From: a bacterium
GTDB taxonomy: Bacteria > Electryoneota > JAOADG01
NCBI GenBank assembly: GCA_963681965.1
Contig: OY820579.1
Span: 96,001 to 160,000, forward strand
Length of the DNA: 64,000 bases
Reading direction: 5' to 3'
Program-made: the position numbers and the translations under genes
Notes under the pieces: generated by a model
What the model saw: the letters and a program-made list of their open reading frames with translations, nothing else
Databases searched by the model: none
Told to the model about the DNA's origin: nothing
Shown: positions 8,025 to 18,933 of the stretch, in pieces
Numbering within the stretch: position 1 is the first letter of the stretch
Layout of the letters: the number at the start of each line of letters is the position of its first letter

Positions 8025-11000
8025 ATGTGTAAGCGATCTTTTGGGTTATGGTGTGTGCTCTTTCTTCTGGCATCATTCCTTCCTGTTTGTGCATTTGCGC
8101 AAACGATAACTGTTACCAATCCCGAAGCCGGGGCAACTTGGGCGATCGGAACCACGCAAGTAATTCATTATACCGTTTCCGGTGCGACGACTGGATCATT
8201 ATCGATCGAGATCAATCGTAGTTTCCCGCTGGATTCCGGATGGGTTCGGATCGGTGAAGCGCGTGTTCCGAGCGAGAATTTTACCTGGACAGTGACTGGA
8301 CCGGTGAATCATACGAGCCGTATTCGCGTCGTCCTCGTCAATACGACTGTTGTCGGTTTATCTCCGGGTAACTTCTCAATTACCGAGTCGCCGACGAATC
8401 CGACTTTGACGATCACTGCGCCGGTTGGTGGCGAACGTTGGGCAATTGGTACTACACAACGAATCGGTTGGCGTGCGACCAATCTAACCGGAAATGTAAC
8501 GATTCGCATGTTGCGACTAAATGGAACCGATACGCTTTGGACGGAACTTGGTCACGCGGTTTTGCCATCGGATGGTTTTAATTGGGTCGTGGCTGGACCA
8601 GCCAGCGAGCGCGCGCGCATCTATCTGACAGCCGGAAACCTCACTGCAGTTTCGAACCTCTTTGCAATTGTGTCAAATGCTTTGCCATCGATAACAGTGA
8701 ATGCACCAAATGGCGGCGAGCGATGGTTGGTTGGCAGTACACAGCGCATCACTTGGACAGCGGTAAATTTAACAGGATCGGTTCTGATCGAGTTGAATCG
8801 GAGTTTTCCGGGTGACAGCATGTGGACTACTATCGGTCAGGCAACCCTACCGAGTGACGGCTTCTCGTGGGTGGTTACCGGTCCGATCACGACCACAGCC
8901 CGAATCCGGGTTCGAGTAGCAAATTCCTCGGCAAGCTATAGTGACATCTCGAATGAAAATTTTGCCATATATACTGAAAATCCGGCTCCCGTAGTTCGTG
9001 TGACTTCGCCCAATGGAGGTGAACGGTGGGCGATCGGTAGTACTCAACATATTACTTGGACTGCTCCGAATATGACGGGTACTGCAATTATTCGATTACT
9101 TCGATTCAATGGTACCGATTCGCTATGGACCGAACTCGGTCGAGTTACTCTTCCGTCCGAAGGGTTTGCATGGATAGTAACAGGACCGGCGTCGGAACGG
9201 GCGCTTATATCTGTAACGGTGGGTAACGTAAGCGATGTTTCCGATGGTACATTCTCAATCGTTTCAGTGGCTTTTCCAAGCATTACAGTCAATGCACCGA
9301 ACGGTGGTGAGCGCTGGTTGGTTGGCAGTACGCAACGCATCAGTTTTACCGCGGTCAATCTGACTGGTCTGGTTCAAATTGAATTGAATCGCAACTTCCC
9401 CAACGACAGTATGTGGGTACCATTAGGTCACGTTGCACTCCCGAGTGACGGCTTTTCTTGGGTTGTTACCGACCCAGTAACGACAACCGCTCGCATTCGG
9501 GTTCGCTCGCTCAATACTTCAGCGATTTACAGCGATATTTCGAATGAAAATTTCGCGATCTATACCGAAGAACCACCACCACAATTGATCACGGTCATTT
9601 CACCAAATGGCGGTGAACGCTGGCAGGTAGGAAGTACACAACAGATCACGTGGTCAACGCGTAATTACACAGGTCCCATCACGATCTTACTGAATCGGAA
9701 TTTCCCCGGCGATAGCAACTGGATCACGATTGGACAGATTACTGGAAACGTTCAAAGCTTTTCCTGGACGGTAACCGATCCGATCAGTGAACGTTGCCGC
9801 ATCAGATTAGTTTCTCCGACACTTCCCCCATTTCCGGTGGAAGACATCTCCAATGCGAATTTCTCAATCGTGGCACCTGAAACCACTGGGATGACAATTT
9901 TAAGCCCCAATGGTGGTGAGCGATGGGCAATCGGAACAACTCAGTGTGTCACCTGGGTCTCGCGCAATTACGGTGGCGCGGTCACTATCGAATTGAATCG
10001 GAATTTCCCAAGTGACAGTATGTGGGAAGTTATCGGTCAGGTTAATACCGCGACAATTGGGAGATTTGAATGGATCGTCACCGGTCATGTCAGTGAGCAG
10101 TGTCGCATTCGATTGACAACTCCGGTTGTTCCACCCTTTGCCGTAGACGACATTTCCGATCACAATTTCGCAATAGTCAATGGAGATGTACATCCATCGA
10201 TCGTAGTAGGCGCCCCGAATGGCGGCGAGCGGTGGATCATCGGCTCGAGTCAACGGATTAGCTGGCGAGCCACCGGATTAGTCGGGGATGTTTCGATTCA
10301 AATCAATCGACATTTCCCGTTGGATTCGATGTGGGAATTCATCGGTACTGCTACTTTACCGAGTGACGGTTTCACTTGGATTGTATCGGGACCGGTAACG
10401 AGCACAGCCCGAATTATGGTTCGGGCAATGAATTACAACGTCGATTATAGCGATATTTCGAACGAGAATTTCGGAATTGCCGAAAACAATCCCACACCCA
10501 TCACGGTCTTGACACCAAATGGTGGCGAGGTTTGGAATGTCGGTACCGAACAGCGAATTACTTACACTACCGCTAATCTCTCGGGCAGTGTAACAATCCA
10601 ATTAAATCGCAACTTCCCATCTGAAACCGACTGGGAGACATTGGGACAATCAACGATCGAACGCGGAGTGTACGTTTGGCGCGTAATTGGACCGGTGAGT
10701 CGTACTTGCCGCATCAGAGTGATGAATACTGTTGGGCACGATATTTCGGATAATAATTTCGGAATCGTCGAAGAGATTCCCAGCATTGTCGTTACAGCTC
10801 CAAACGGTGGCGAGCGCTGGCAAATTGGATCATCCCAACGGATTTCCTGGCATGCTTCCGCAGGACTTGTCGGGGGTGTCTCTATTCAACTGAGTCGACA
10901 TTTTCCATCCGATTCCGTCTGGGAAATTCTTGGAACAACACCCTCAGGCGACGGATTTACCTGGGTTGTTACCGGACCGGTGACCACGACGGCACGTATT

Positions 11001-12026
11001 CGGGTTCGGGCAATGAACTATAATGTCGATTATTTCGATATCTCCAATGAGAATTTCTCGATTATTTCTGCCGATACGACACGCATGCGCGTTGTACGAC
11101 CGAATGGATATGAAGTCTGGACGATCGGTTCGGATCAACGAATAACCTGGGCATCGCATCTAACCGCTGGTACGGCAGTAATCTCTTTGAATCGGAATTT
11201 CCCGGGCGATTCAGGCTGGGTGATTTTGGGACATGCCGTTTTACCGAGCGATGGATTCACTTGGCACGTAACTGGTCCCATCACCGAACGTGCTCGAATT
11301 CGAGTGATGGTTGAGCGGATTGGCGATGTTTCCGACGCCAATTTCCGGATTGTAGAAAGTCATCCGGTACCCGGACCGCGAATTGTGGTTACCTCTCCGG
11401 CTGGTGGCGATGCATGGGCAATCGGATCGCAACACGCGATCACATGGCAAACTGAAGGAGTTACCGGTGATGTGGTTGTCCAACTCAATCGCTCAGTCGA
11501 GTTACCGAGATTGGGAAGCAGTGGCATCGCCAGTACTGGTAATCCCAGTTCCAATCCACCTTCCCCCAATCCAGTTGCCGGGTGGGAAACCATCGGTACG
11601 GCAGCAGTGACTGCCCATCAGATGAATTGGGAAGTCACCGGACCGATCAGCACCACATGTATGATCCGAATTCTGTCTCGCACCAATTCGACTACGATTA
11701 GTGGTATGACTGTCGATAATTTCTCGATCGTGGGATCTCGTCCGATCGATGCACCGATCGTCGACAATGGCGATGCGATATCGATTCATCCCAATCCGTT
11801 CAACGCTTCAACGACCATCAGCTATACGCTTTTGACATCGGGAAGCGTTCGACTAGCGGTTTTCGATATCATGGGTCATGAAGTTGCGACCTTCGCCAAC
11901 GGAATTCAGGAATCAGGCATTCATTCGGTCAATTTCAACGGTTCGCATTTACCCAGTGGAATGTATTTTGTTTCACTGCGAGCCGCTAATCAGAATACTA
12001 TCAAGAAAGTCTATTTACTGAAGTAA
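8025..12026 (+). CDS. secreted protein with 12 tandem ~100-aa Ig-like (Kre9/KNH-like) repeats and a T9SS type-A-like C-terminal domain
   Basis: GGAGGA RBS before ATG 8025 and a signal peptide ending AFA-Q. Twelve copies of ITVxxPNGGERWxxGSTQxITW...DISNxNFxI. C-terminus HPNPFNAST...LPSGMYFVSL...KKVYLLK. Confidence 0.85.
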   Translation: MCKRSFGLWCVLFLLASFLPVCAFAQTITVTNPEAGATWAIGTTQVIHYTVSGATTGSLSIEINRSFPLDSGWVRIGEARVPSENFTWTVTGPVNHTSRIRVVLVNTTVVGLSPGNFSITESPTNPTLTITAPVGGERWAIGTTQRIGWRATNLTGNVTIRMLRLNGTDTLWTELGHAVLPSDGFNWVVAGPASERARIYLTAGNLTAVSNLFAIVSNALPSITVNAPNGGERWLVGSTQRITWTAVNLTGSVLIELNRSFPGDSMWTTIGQATLPSDGFSWVVTGPITTTARIRVRVANSSASYSDISNENFAIYTENPAPVVRVTSPNGGERWAIGSTQHITWTAPNMTGTAIIRLLRFNGTDSLWTELGRVTLPSEGFAWIVTGPASERALISVTVGNVSDVSDGTFSIVSVAFPSITVNAPNGGERWLVGSTQRISFTAVNLTGLVQIELNRNFPNDSMWVPLGHVALPSDGFSWVVTDPVTTTARIRVRSLNTSAIYSDISNENFAIYTEEPPPQLITVISPNGGERWQVGSTQQITWSTRNYTGPITILLNRNFPGDSNWITIGQITGNVQSFSWTVTDPISERCRIRLVSPTLPPFPVEDISNANFSIVAPETTGMTILSPNGGERWAIGTTQCVTWVSRNYGGAVTIELNRNFPSDSMWEVIGQVNTATIGRFEWIVTGHVSEQCRIRLTTPVVPPFAVDDISDHNFAIVNGDVHPSIVVGAPNGGERWIIGSSQRISWRATGLVGDVSIQINRHFPLDSMWEFIGTATLPSDGFTWIVSGPVTSTARIMVRAMNYNVDYSDISNENFGIAENNPTPITVLTPNGGEVWNVGTEQRITYTTANLSGSVTIQLNRNFPSETDWETLGQSTIERGVYVWRVIGPVSRTCRIRVMNTVGHDISDNNFGIVEEIPSIVVTAPNGGERWQIGSSQRISWHASAGLVGGVSIQLSRHFPSDSVWEILGTTPSGDGFTWVVTGPVTTTARIRVRAMNYNVDYFDISNENFSIISADTTRMRVVRPNGYEVWTIGSDQRITWASHLTAGTAVISLNRNFPGDSGWVILGHAVLPSDGFTWHVTGPITERARIRVMVERIGDVSDANFRIVESHPVPGPRIVVTSPAGGDAWAIGSQHAITWQTEGVTGDVVVQLNRSVELPRLGSSGIASTGNPSSNPPSPNPVAGWETIGTAAVTAHQMNWEVTGPISTTCMIRILSRTNSTTISGMTVDNFSIVGSRPIDAPIVDNGDAISIHPNPFNASTTISYTLLTSGSVRLAVFDIMGHEVATFANGIQESGIHSVNFNGSHLPSGMYFVSLRAANQNTIKKVYLLK

Positions 12027-12051
12027 CGGTCTCTTCAATCTAAACTAACAG

Positions 12052-12071
12052 AGGCGGGCATTTGCCCGCCT
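12052..12071. terminator. intrinsic terminator between convergent genes
   Basis: AGGCGGGC-ATTT-GCCCGCCT followed by TTGCTGTTT. Confidence 0.65.
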
Positions 12072-12136
12072 TTGCTGTTTCTATCCGCACGCTAACAACG
12101 ATATTCTATGCTTCACCAACAAGACCAAAATAAAAC

Positions 12137-12447
12137 ATCTGCGGGCGGGCATGGGAGCCCGCCCCTACTTCAGATAACAACTCCGATTCAAGAGATACTA
12201 TATTTTCTACTCGGCTTTGCCGAACGTGTACAGACCAGCGTGTTCATACCAACATTAGAGATCTGCAGGCGGGCATGGGAACCCGCCCCTACTTCAGATA
12301 ACAACTCCGATTCAAGAGATACTATATTTTCTACTCGGCTTTGCCGAACGTGTACAGACAGGAGTGTTTGTACCTTCAAATACCTGCGGGCGGGCGTGGG
12401 AGCCCGCCCCTACTTCAGATAACAACTCCGATTCAAGATATACTATA
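12137..12447 (-). repeat. tandem array of three REP-containing units (periods 124 and 121 bp)
   Basis: Units start at 12137, 12261 and 12382. Each carries a variant of GGGCGGGC-ATGGGA-GCCCGCCCCTAC followed by TTCAGATAACAACTCCGATTCAAGA(G/T)ATACTATA, which is the right half of the dispersed element. Confidence 0.85.
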
Positions 12448-12453
12448 TATCAA

Positions 12454-15400
12454 TCAAGAATTTGGTGTTACGTTTCCAGCCACCGAAGTGACCATCGATT
12501 CGATCGTAGTATCGGAGATATGGACTTTCTGCTTTGTCTTTGCAAAGCGATCCATAAAGGAGTACATCACCGGAACAAGTACAAGGGTTAATACTAACGA
12601 TGAAAGTAGACCTCCGATAATTACCACGCCCATACCGGCACGCATCTCGGCACCTTCACCCAAAGCAATCGCCAGCGGTAACATACCGATGATCATAGTC
12701 GAAGTAGTCATTAAAATCGGTCGCAACCGCAATGGACCAGCAGTCAAGAGCGATTCTTTCATCGACATTCCGGTGTCCCGCAACTGGATTGTGAAATCCA
12801 CCAGCAGAATTCCGTTTTTCGTCACCAATCCGATTAGAATCAGAATACCGATCATCGAGAACATCGACAAAGTATACCCGGTTAGCGCCAAACCAAATAG
12901 CGCACCGATCATTGCCACTGGCACGGAAAACATAACGGTAAAGGGGTGGATATAACTTTCATACAGCGTCACAAGAATCATGTAGACAAATAGAATCGAG
13001 AGCATGATTGCCTGCATCATGTCGGTCATCATTGTCCGCATATTCTCGACATCGCCAAAAGCGTAGAACGAAACACCTTGCGGTGGTTTGTATTGTGCAA
13101 TTTCCCGGTCGAATGCGCCTTGCACTTCCGATAGAGAGTGACCCATGATATTCGAGGAAACCGTTACATAACGCTCGCGGTCTTTCCGGGATATTCCGGA
13201 AGGTCCACTATTACGTTCAATGTTGGCGACTTCGGATAATTTCACCATTTGACCGATGTGATTCTTGATTTCAATCTGTCCGATCAATGATGGATCGTTA
13301 CGATATCGTGGAATCAGAATCGAGCGCATGTCGACTTCGATTTCACCGGTTCGGAATCGGGTTAACTCGGCGCCATTGATAGCATTACGCAATGCAATTG
13401 CGACTTCACCCGGTGTCAGGAAGCTATTGGCGGCTTTCTCGCGATCCACGATAATTTGCAATTCCGGCGATCCGAGATCGTAGGACGATTTGACATCGCG
13501 TGTTCCGGGGATCTTTCGCATGACGCTCAATACATGCTGAACTGCAACTTGTACCGAGTCGAGATCCTGTCCGCGGACTTCATACTGAATCGGTGCGTCA
13601 TCGGCATTACCGAATAGTCCGATTTCATTGATTTGCACTTCCATTCCGGGAATCTGCTCGATATAGCGCCGGATCTCGTTTTGAATGACAATCGTCGGTC
13701 GATTACGCTCTTTTCGTTTCACCAATTTGACTTGAATATTTCCGAGACGCGAATTTTCTTCCAACCCCATTCCCGATTCTTGTTGTCCGATCACCGAAAA
13801 GACCTGTTTCACTTCCGGGATCTGGAGAACGAAATTCTCGATACGCGCCATGACAGCACTATTTTCGGTTAATGGAGTACCTAGCGGCATCTTCGTGAAT
13901 ACCGCAAATTCGCCGCGGTCGGTTTTCGGAATAAAATCGGCGCCCACAAATCCCAATGGAACGAGGGCAATCGAAAGCAACATCAATCCCGATATAATCA
14001 GGATCACCCGGATTCGATGATTCAACGCCCAAACCAAGATTCTTCGATAGAAGTTTTCCAATACATGGAATTTCTCCTCGAACCAAGATCCGAACCGCCG
14101 CATCCACTTCTCACCCTCGACATTCTCGCTAGAATTCAACCGACTGGCAAGTAAAGGGGTGACAGTAAATGAAACCAACAGCGACATTAACACTGCCGAT
14201 ACAAATACCCCGGAAAATTCCCGGAAGATATTTCCGACCAAGCCGCCGAGGAACGCTACTGGCAAGAAGGTAACCACGTCGACCAGCGTGATCGAAACGG
14301 CAGCCAAGCCGATTTCGTTTCGACCTTTCACTGCGGCAGTAACCGGATCTGCACCTTTCTTCATCCACCGATGAATATTTTCCAAGACGACAATCGAATC
14401 GTCGACCAACACACCGATGACCATACCGAGCGCCATCATCGTCATCAAATTGATCGAGAAATTGAATGCCGCCATCGCAATAAAGGTCGAGACGATAGAA
14501 AGAGGGATTGCCACCAATACAATTAATGAGTTTCGCGCCGAATGCAAAAAGATCATTAAAATCAAGGCAACAGTGATTAGCGCTTCAACGATATTCTTTT
14601 GAACTTCGGCAATCGAAGATTTATTGAATACAGTGATATCCTGCGCAATTTCGAATTTCACCAGACCTTTGTACTCTTTTTCCAGCTTTTTCAATTCGCT
14701 TTGAACTTGAGCTGACGTCTTGACACTGTTGGCTTGTGCCTGTTTGACAATCTGCATTCCCAACGATTGATTTTTATTTAAGCGAGCAATCGATCGATCG
14801 GATTTAATCGTATCGCTAACAACCGCAACATCGCGCAGAAAAATTGCCCCACCGTTGCGAAGACCAATTCTGGTACGCTCGATTTCAGCAAGCGTCTTGA
14901 ACTTACCCGCAACGCGAACGATGAAGTCCTGCGATTTTCCATAGACTTTTCCCGCAGGAATATCAAGATTTTCGGCTGCCAAAACTTGATTGACATCATC
15001 GAGCGACAAACCATGCGTTTTCAGTTTATCGGGATCGATTGCGATTTGAATTTCCCGGGTCTCCGCACCTGACATGGTTACTTGCCCGACACCGGGAATC
15101 TGCTCAAGACGCGGGCGAATTTTTTTATCGACAAACGTGAATAGATCGGCATTCGATAGATCGCTGCTCACCGCCAACCGCAAGATTGGCAATGCGCCAA
15201 TATCCGATTTATATAATTGGGGTTCTTTGGAGTCGACTGGTAAATTTGCCCGGGTCGCATTTACCACACGTTGCGTTTCCTGCAATGCGATATCGCCGTT
15301 GGCAGACATATCGAATTCAAGAACGACCACCGAAACATTTTCCCGATTGAATGTTCGGATGTGTTTCAATTTATTCAGCGAGACCACGGCATCTTCGATT

Positions 15401-15597
15401 GGCTTCGAAACCATTGTTTCGACTTCTCGCGGTCCCGAACCTGGCCAAATCGTCACAATCGAGACCCACGGCCAGTTCATGGATGGCAGTAGATCTACTG
15501 CCAGGCGCTGATAGGATATTAGACCCAAGACAGCGATCGCGAGGAAGAACATCACCACCGCTGCTGGTCGTTTTATTGCTAATTCAGTCAATGTCAT
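12454..15597 (-). CDS. RND efflux permease (AcrB/SwrC-like)
   Basis: 1047 aa. GVLVDDSIVVLEN, KNGILLVD and RLRPILMT motifs, with two large periplasmic loops. Confidence 0.95.
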   Translation of the reverse strand: MTLTELAIKRPAAVVMFFLAIAVLGLISYQRLAVDLLPSMNWPWVSIVTIWPGSGPREVETMVSKPIEDAVVSLNKLKHIRTFNRENVSVVVLEFDMSANGDIALQETQRVVNATRANLPVDSKEPQLYKSDIGALPILRLAVSSDLSNADLFTFVDKKIRPRLEQIPGVGQVTMSGAETREIQIAIDPDKLKTHGLSLDDVNQVLAAENLDIPAGKVYGKSQDFIVRVAGKFKTLAEIERTRIGLRNGGAIFLRDVAVVSDTIKSDRSIARLNKNQSLGMQIVKQAQANSVKTSAQVQSELKKLEKEYKGLVKFEIAQDITVFNKSSIAEVQKNIVEALITVALILMIFLHSARNSLIVLVAIPLSIVSTFIAMAAFNFSINLMTMMALGMVIGVLVDDSIVVLENIHRWMKKGADPVTAAVKGRNEIGLAAVSITLVDVVTFLPVAFLGGLVGNIFREFSGVFVSAVLMSLLVSFTVTPLLASRLNSSENVEGEKWMRRFGSWFEEKFHVLENFYRRILVWALNHRIRVILIISGLMLLSIALVPLGFVGADFIPKTDRGEFAVFTKMPLGTPLTENSAVMARIENFVLQIPEVKQVFSVIGQQESGMGLEENSRLGNIQVKLVKRKERNRPTIVIQNEIRRYIEQIPGMEVQINEIGLFGNADDAPIQYEVRGQDLDSVQVAVQHVLSVMRKIPGTRDVKSSYDLGSPELQIIVDREKAANSFLTPGEVAIALRNAINGAELTRFRTGEIEVDMRSILIPRYRNDPSLIGQIEIKNHIGQMVKLSEVANIERNSGPSGISRKDRERYVTVSSNIMGHSLSEVQGAFDREIAQYKPPQGVSFYAFGDVENMRTMMTDMMQAIMLSILFVYMILVTLYESYIHPFTVMFSVPVAMIGALFGLALTGYTLSMFSMIGILILIGLVTKNGILLVDFTIQLRDTGMSMKESLLTAGPLRLRPILMTTSTMIIGMLPLAIALGEGAEMRAGMGVVIIGGLLSSLVLTLVLVPVMYSFMDRFAKTKQKVHISDTTIESMVTSVAGNVTPNS

Positions 15598-15684
15598 TTC
15601 AATTCCCCTTCGGGAAGTGGTTCTATTCTGTGCGAGTCGATTCGATCAACTCAAAATTCTTTACTAATCAGTCGATTGGTGGAA

Positions 15685-16734
15685 TTATTCCATCACCAAC
15701 GCGATCGGCGAACCTTGCGAGAGTTGTTGGTTGCCAACCGTAATCACGGTATCGCCTCGGGCAATTCCTTCCACTGCAATTCGATCGCCGAAATTGCCAA
15801 CCACGCGAATGATCTGTTTCTCGGCTTTTTTATTTTTCGCCAAGTAGACGACGGATCGTCCTGCATCGGGCAATACTGCCACTCGCGGGAGGAGAATCCC
15901 ATTCGTAACGGTTCCACCGGAAACAACCGCTCGTGCAAACATTCCCGATTTCAGTTTACCATTGCCCGCGATTCGGATTTCTACCGGGAAGGTCCGTTGA
16001 CCGGTGGTCGCGCGACTACCGATTGCAAATACTTTTCCTTGAACCGTATCGCGCAACGCATCGACAATCACCGTCGCAGTCGCACCTTGTGGAATGAAAC
16101 GGAAATTCTCTTCCGCCACTTGGATCGTCAATTTAAGCGATCCGATGTCGACCAGTTGCACCACCGGTACACCGCGTTCGACCATTTGCCCGACTTCCGT
16201 GAGCTTCGCAGCAACCGTACCGGAAAATGGCGCACGAACTGTCGCTTCGTTGTAAGTCTTCAAAGTCACTTTGTAACCGACTTCGGCACTCTTCATCCCC
16301 AACCTTGCACTCTCCAAATCGCTTTCCGAAATGCTTTTTTGATCGTACAATCGCGTCAATCGATCGTAATCCATTTTGGCTTTATCGAATGCGATTTTCG
16401 CGCGGTCGGCATCGAGTTTATACAATTCGTCATCGATTCGGACCAGTGGGCTACCCTCTTTAACGAAACTCCCGACCTCGACTAGAATTTCTTTTACTCG
16501 TCCACCGGTTTCGGTAGCAATCATCGACTCTTTGTTGCCAGTAAGGGCGCCAGTTTCCTCGATATATCGAGTGTATTCCGTGGTGTCGGCGATTAACCCT
16601 CTCACAGCGACTATTCCGGTATACGCTTCACTTAAAGAATCGCTTTTCGCTTCGCGAGTGATTTTTCCAACGACGATCAGAATTAGAATGACGAGGACTC
16701 CACCATACATATACCATCTAATTTTTTTACCCAT
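15685..16734 (-). CDS. RND membrane fusion (periplasmic adaptor) protein
   Basis: N-terminal TM helix, GRVKEILVEVGSFVKEGSPLVRID, VRAPFSG and LKSGMFAR. Confidence 0.92.
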   Translation of the reverse strand: MGKKIRWYMYGGVLVILILIVVGKITREAKSDSLSEAYTGIVAVRGLIADTTEYTRYIEETGALTGNKESMIATETGGRVKEILVEVGSFVKEGSPLVRIDDELYKLDADRAKIAFDKAKMDYDRLTRLYDQKSISESDLESARLGMKSAEVGYKVTLKTYNEATVRAPFSGTVAAKLTEVGQMVERGVPVVQLVDIGSLKLTIQVAEENFRFIPQGATATVIVDALRDTVQGKVFAIGSRATTGQRTFPVEIRIAGNGKLKSGMFARAVVSGGTVTNGILLPRVAVLPDAGRSVVYLAKNKKAEKQIIRVVGNFGDRIAVEGIARGDTVITVGNQQLSQGSPIALVME

Positions 16735-16867
16735 GGCAGGTAACTCCTTTATAAACTGAAATGTTTTATGATGTAACTTTCCAAACTCATTCCGGCTATC
16801 TTCCCATAACCATAACTTGATCTCAACCCGATACTTTTGGGGATCTCAGTAAATCTCGGTCGGTCGT

Positions 16868-18190
16868 CTATTGACGATAGGGAGTCGTTCCGGCAGCCAT
16901 TCTCGTTTCGGCACACGCCACCAATCGATCGAATTTCGCTTGCGCTAATGCGACTTTGGCAACCATTTCATCGAGGTGTGCCGCATCCATTTCCAATGGA
17001 GTAATTTGACCTTGTGCGAGTTTGGTTTGTGCGATTTGCCGTGCTTGTACTGCTTGCTCAACGGTAGTTGAAGCAGCTTGTTCATTCATTATCGCCGTTC
17101 GATACGAATCGATTGCGGATTCAAATTGGAGCTTCGCGCCACGTTCGGCTTGTTCGAGAGATAATTGGGACTTTTTCCAGTCGGCTTTGAATTGCTGTGC
17201 CTTTCCGGATACCTGACCACTGGTCCAAATCGGAATCTGAATGGCGACACTTCCGACGAGCGACGATGCATTGTTGTAGGGATTGATCGCCCACTTTTCG
17301 TTGCCCCACTGCCACGCATACTTCAATTGTGCACCGATCGTAGGCATACCCATGTTTTTGTAAATGGTATAGCCATTCCGGTACACATCGGTGTAGTATT
17401 TCAAACCCTGAAGATCGGGACGAGAATTTATGTGACTGCGGAGTTGGTCGATCGATTCGACGATTGTATCTGTTGCAGAAATCGAAAGCGCACCATCGAC
17501 CGTGACGTTCGAATCAAGTGCAATTCCCAATGCTTCGCGGAATGCCATTTCGGAGAGTTTGAGATTGTTTTCAGCTTGCAGCATTTGCGGCTTCTGGTTA
17601 TTGACTTGGACTTGCGCGCGTAACACATCGTAGTCACTCATCATTCCGACATCGCGCAAGCGCTTGACTTTCGTCAACGCACTATCACTAACTGCCAACC
17701 CATTCCGCCGGACATCGACCACTTCTCGCAGCAATTGAACCGTCCAATACTTCTTCATGATATCGAGTTCAAGTTCGCGTGTAGTATTTTCCGTCAAGTG
17801 CATGTTAGCGGTGCGTGCCGAATATGCTGCTGCCAATCCGGCACCAATACGACCGAAAGTATAGAGTGGCTGTGAAAGCGTTGCTTCACCGATAGCACCG
17901 TTATCAAGCTGTTGCGGTACTTTTTGCATTTCGCCGGTCGACATATTCGGTTGATAGATTTCGAGCTTTTTCCAAGCGCGCTGATATGCGACCGTTCCGG
18001 AAATTTGCGGTAGCGCATTCGACCAGGCTTCTTTGATTTGCCCATTCACTTTCATTTGGTCGATAACGGGACCCTGTTGCTTGAGCGAACGTTTTTTCCC
18101 GAGGGCGATCGCCTCGTCGAGTGTTATCGCTTGCGCGGAAAAAACGCAAATCAGTAGCAACAGCAGAACTTTAAGAGTTCCTGTGTTCAT
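16868..18190 (-). CDS. TolC-family outer membrane efflux protein
   Basis: Signal peptide, ITLDEAI, LSQPLYTFG and QIPIWTSG, helical repeats, and position in the efflux operon. Confidence 0.9.
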   Translation of the reverse strand: MNTGTLKVLLLLLICVFSAQAITLDEAIALGKKRSLKQQGPVIDQMKVNGQIKEAWSNALPQISGTVAYQRAWKKLEIYQPNMSTGEMQKVPQQLDNGAIGEATLSQPLYTFGRIGAGLAAAYSARTANMHLTENTTRELELDIMKKYWTVQLLREVVDVRRNGLAVSDSALTKVKRLRDVGMMSDYDVLRAQVQVNNQKPQMLQAENNLKLSEMAFREALGIALDSNVTVDGALSISATDTIVESIDQLRSHINSRPDLQGLKYYTDVYRNGYTIYKNMGMPTIGAQLKYAWQWGNEKWAINPYNNASSLVGSVAIQIPIWTSGQVSGKAQQFKADWKKSQLSLEQAERGAKLQFESAIDSYRTAIMNEQAASTTVEQAVQARQIAQTKLAQGQITPLEMDAAHLDEMVAKVALAQAKFDRLVACAETRMAAGTTPYRQ

Positions 18191-18220
18191 GAGAAATGAC
18201 TCCCATATCGTAGTTGGTTA

Positions 18221-18832
18221 CTACGATTCCGAATGGTTGTTTTTGTTTACTGCCAAGGCATCATAGAAGAGTTTGGTCGCTACTTCAAGAACACCTAGTA
18301 CATCGACATTCGGATCCAATTGTTTACGTGTAAAAAGCCCGTTGTACATGGCGGAAATCGCCTGCGAAACGTACAACGGATTGGTCGATCGAAACTTTCC
18401 GTCCTGCACTGCTTCTTGAATAAGCGTACTGACAATCTGATCCCAATCCCGGAGGTAACCTGCTAGCTTTCCACCGATCTCGGGAAACCGACTCGCCAAA
18501 CTGTTCAATTGGCAGAAAACTTGATCGCGTTCCGGATTCGTCATTTTGGTTCGATACAACTCGGAATGAACTTTATAGAGCGTTTCGGCACCGTAATCAT
18601 TCTGTGCCATTTGAACGACATCCATCTGTTCGTCGTGGATATATCGGTCAGTCAAGGCAAACAGGATTTCCAACTTGCTCTTGAAATACCAGTAAATCGC
18701 ACCTTTCGAGAGACCCGCCTGCTTGGCGATCTCATCGACAGTTGTATTTTCATACCCGTGTTCAACAAACAATGTTGTTGCAGCATCAAGAATTTGTTCC
18801 CGACGCACGTCTTCGGTTTGATGCTCAGTCAT
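18221..18832 (-). CDS. TetR/AcrR family transcriptional regulator
   Basis: REQILDAATTLFVEHGYENTTVDEIAKQAGLSKGAIYWYFKSK helix-turn-helix. Start at ATG 18832 with GGGAG upstream. Confidence 0.93.
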   Translation of the reverse strand: MTEHQTEDVRREQILDAATTLFVEHGYENTTVDEIAKQAGLSKGAIYWYFKSKLEILFALTDRYIHDEQMDVVQMAQNDYGAETLYKVHSELYRTKMTNPERDQVFCQLNSLASRFPEIGGKLAGYLRDWDQIVSTLIQEAVQDGKFRSTNPLYVSQAISAMYNGLFTRKQLDPNVDVLGVLEVATKLFYDALAVNKNNHSES

Positions 18833-18847
18833 ATTACAAATCTCCCT

Positions 18848-18861
18848 ACTGACTGGTCGGT
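18848..18861. promoter_or_regulatory. putative TetR operator 1
   Basis: Near-palindrome ACTGACTGGTCGGT next to the tetR RBS. Its reverse complement matches operator 2 at 13/14 positions. Confidence 0.65.
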
Positions 18862-18933
18862 CTTGGTGTAAGTGTGAAAGAAAATTCAAAAAGTTGCAGT
18901 TCGGATTCACTCAATCTGACTGCTCTCATTTAA

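Noticed and set aside
12137-12447. CRISPR array
   Set aside because: Only three units with a ~120-bp period, the intervening sequences resemble each other instead of being unique, the repeat is the dispersed REP element, and no cas genes are present.
12108-12955. Short ORFs over the repeat elements (also 1361-1642, 23623-23850, 63114-63299)
   Set aside because: They are translations of the REP/MITE sequence or antisense to real genes.
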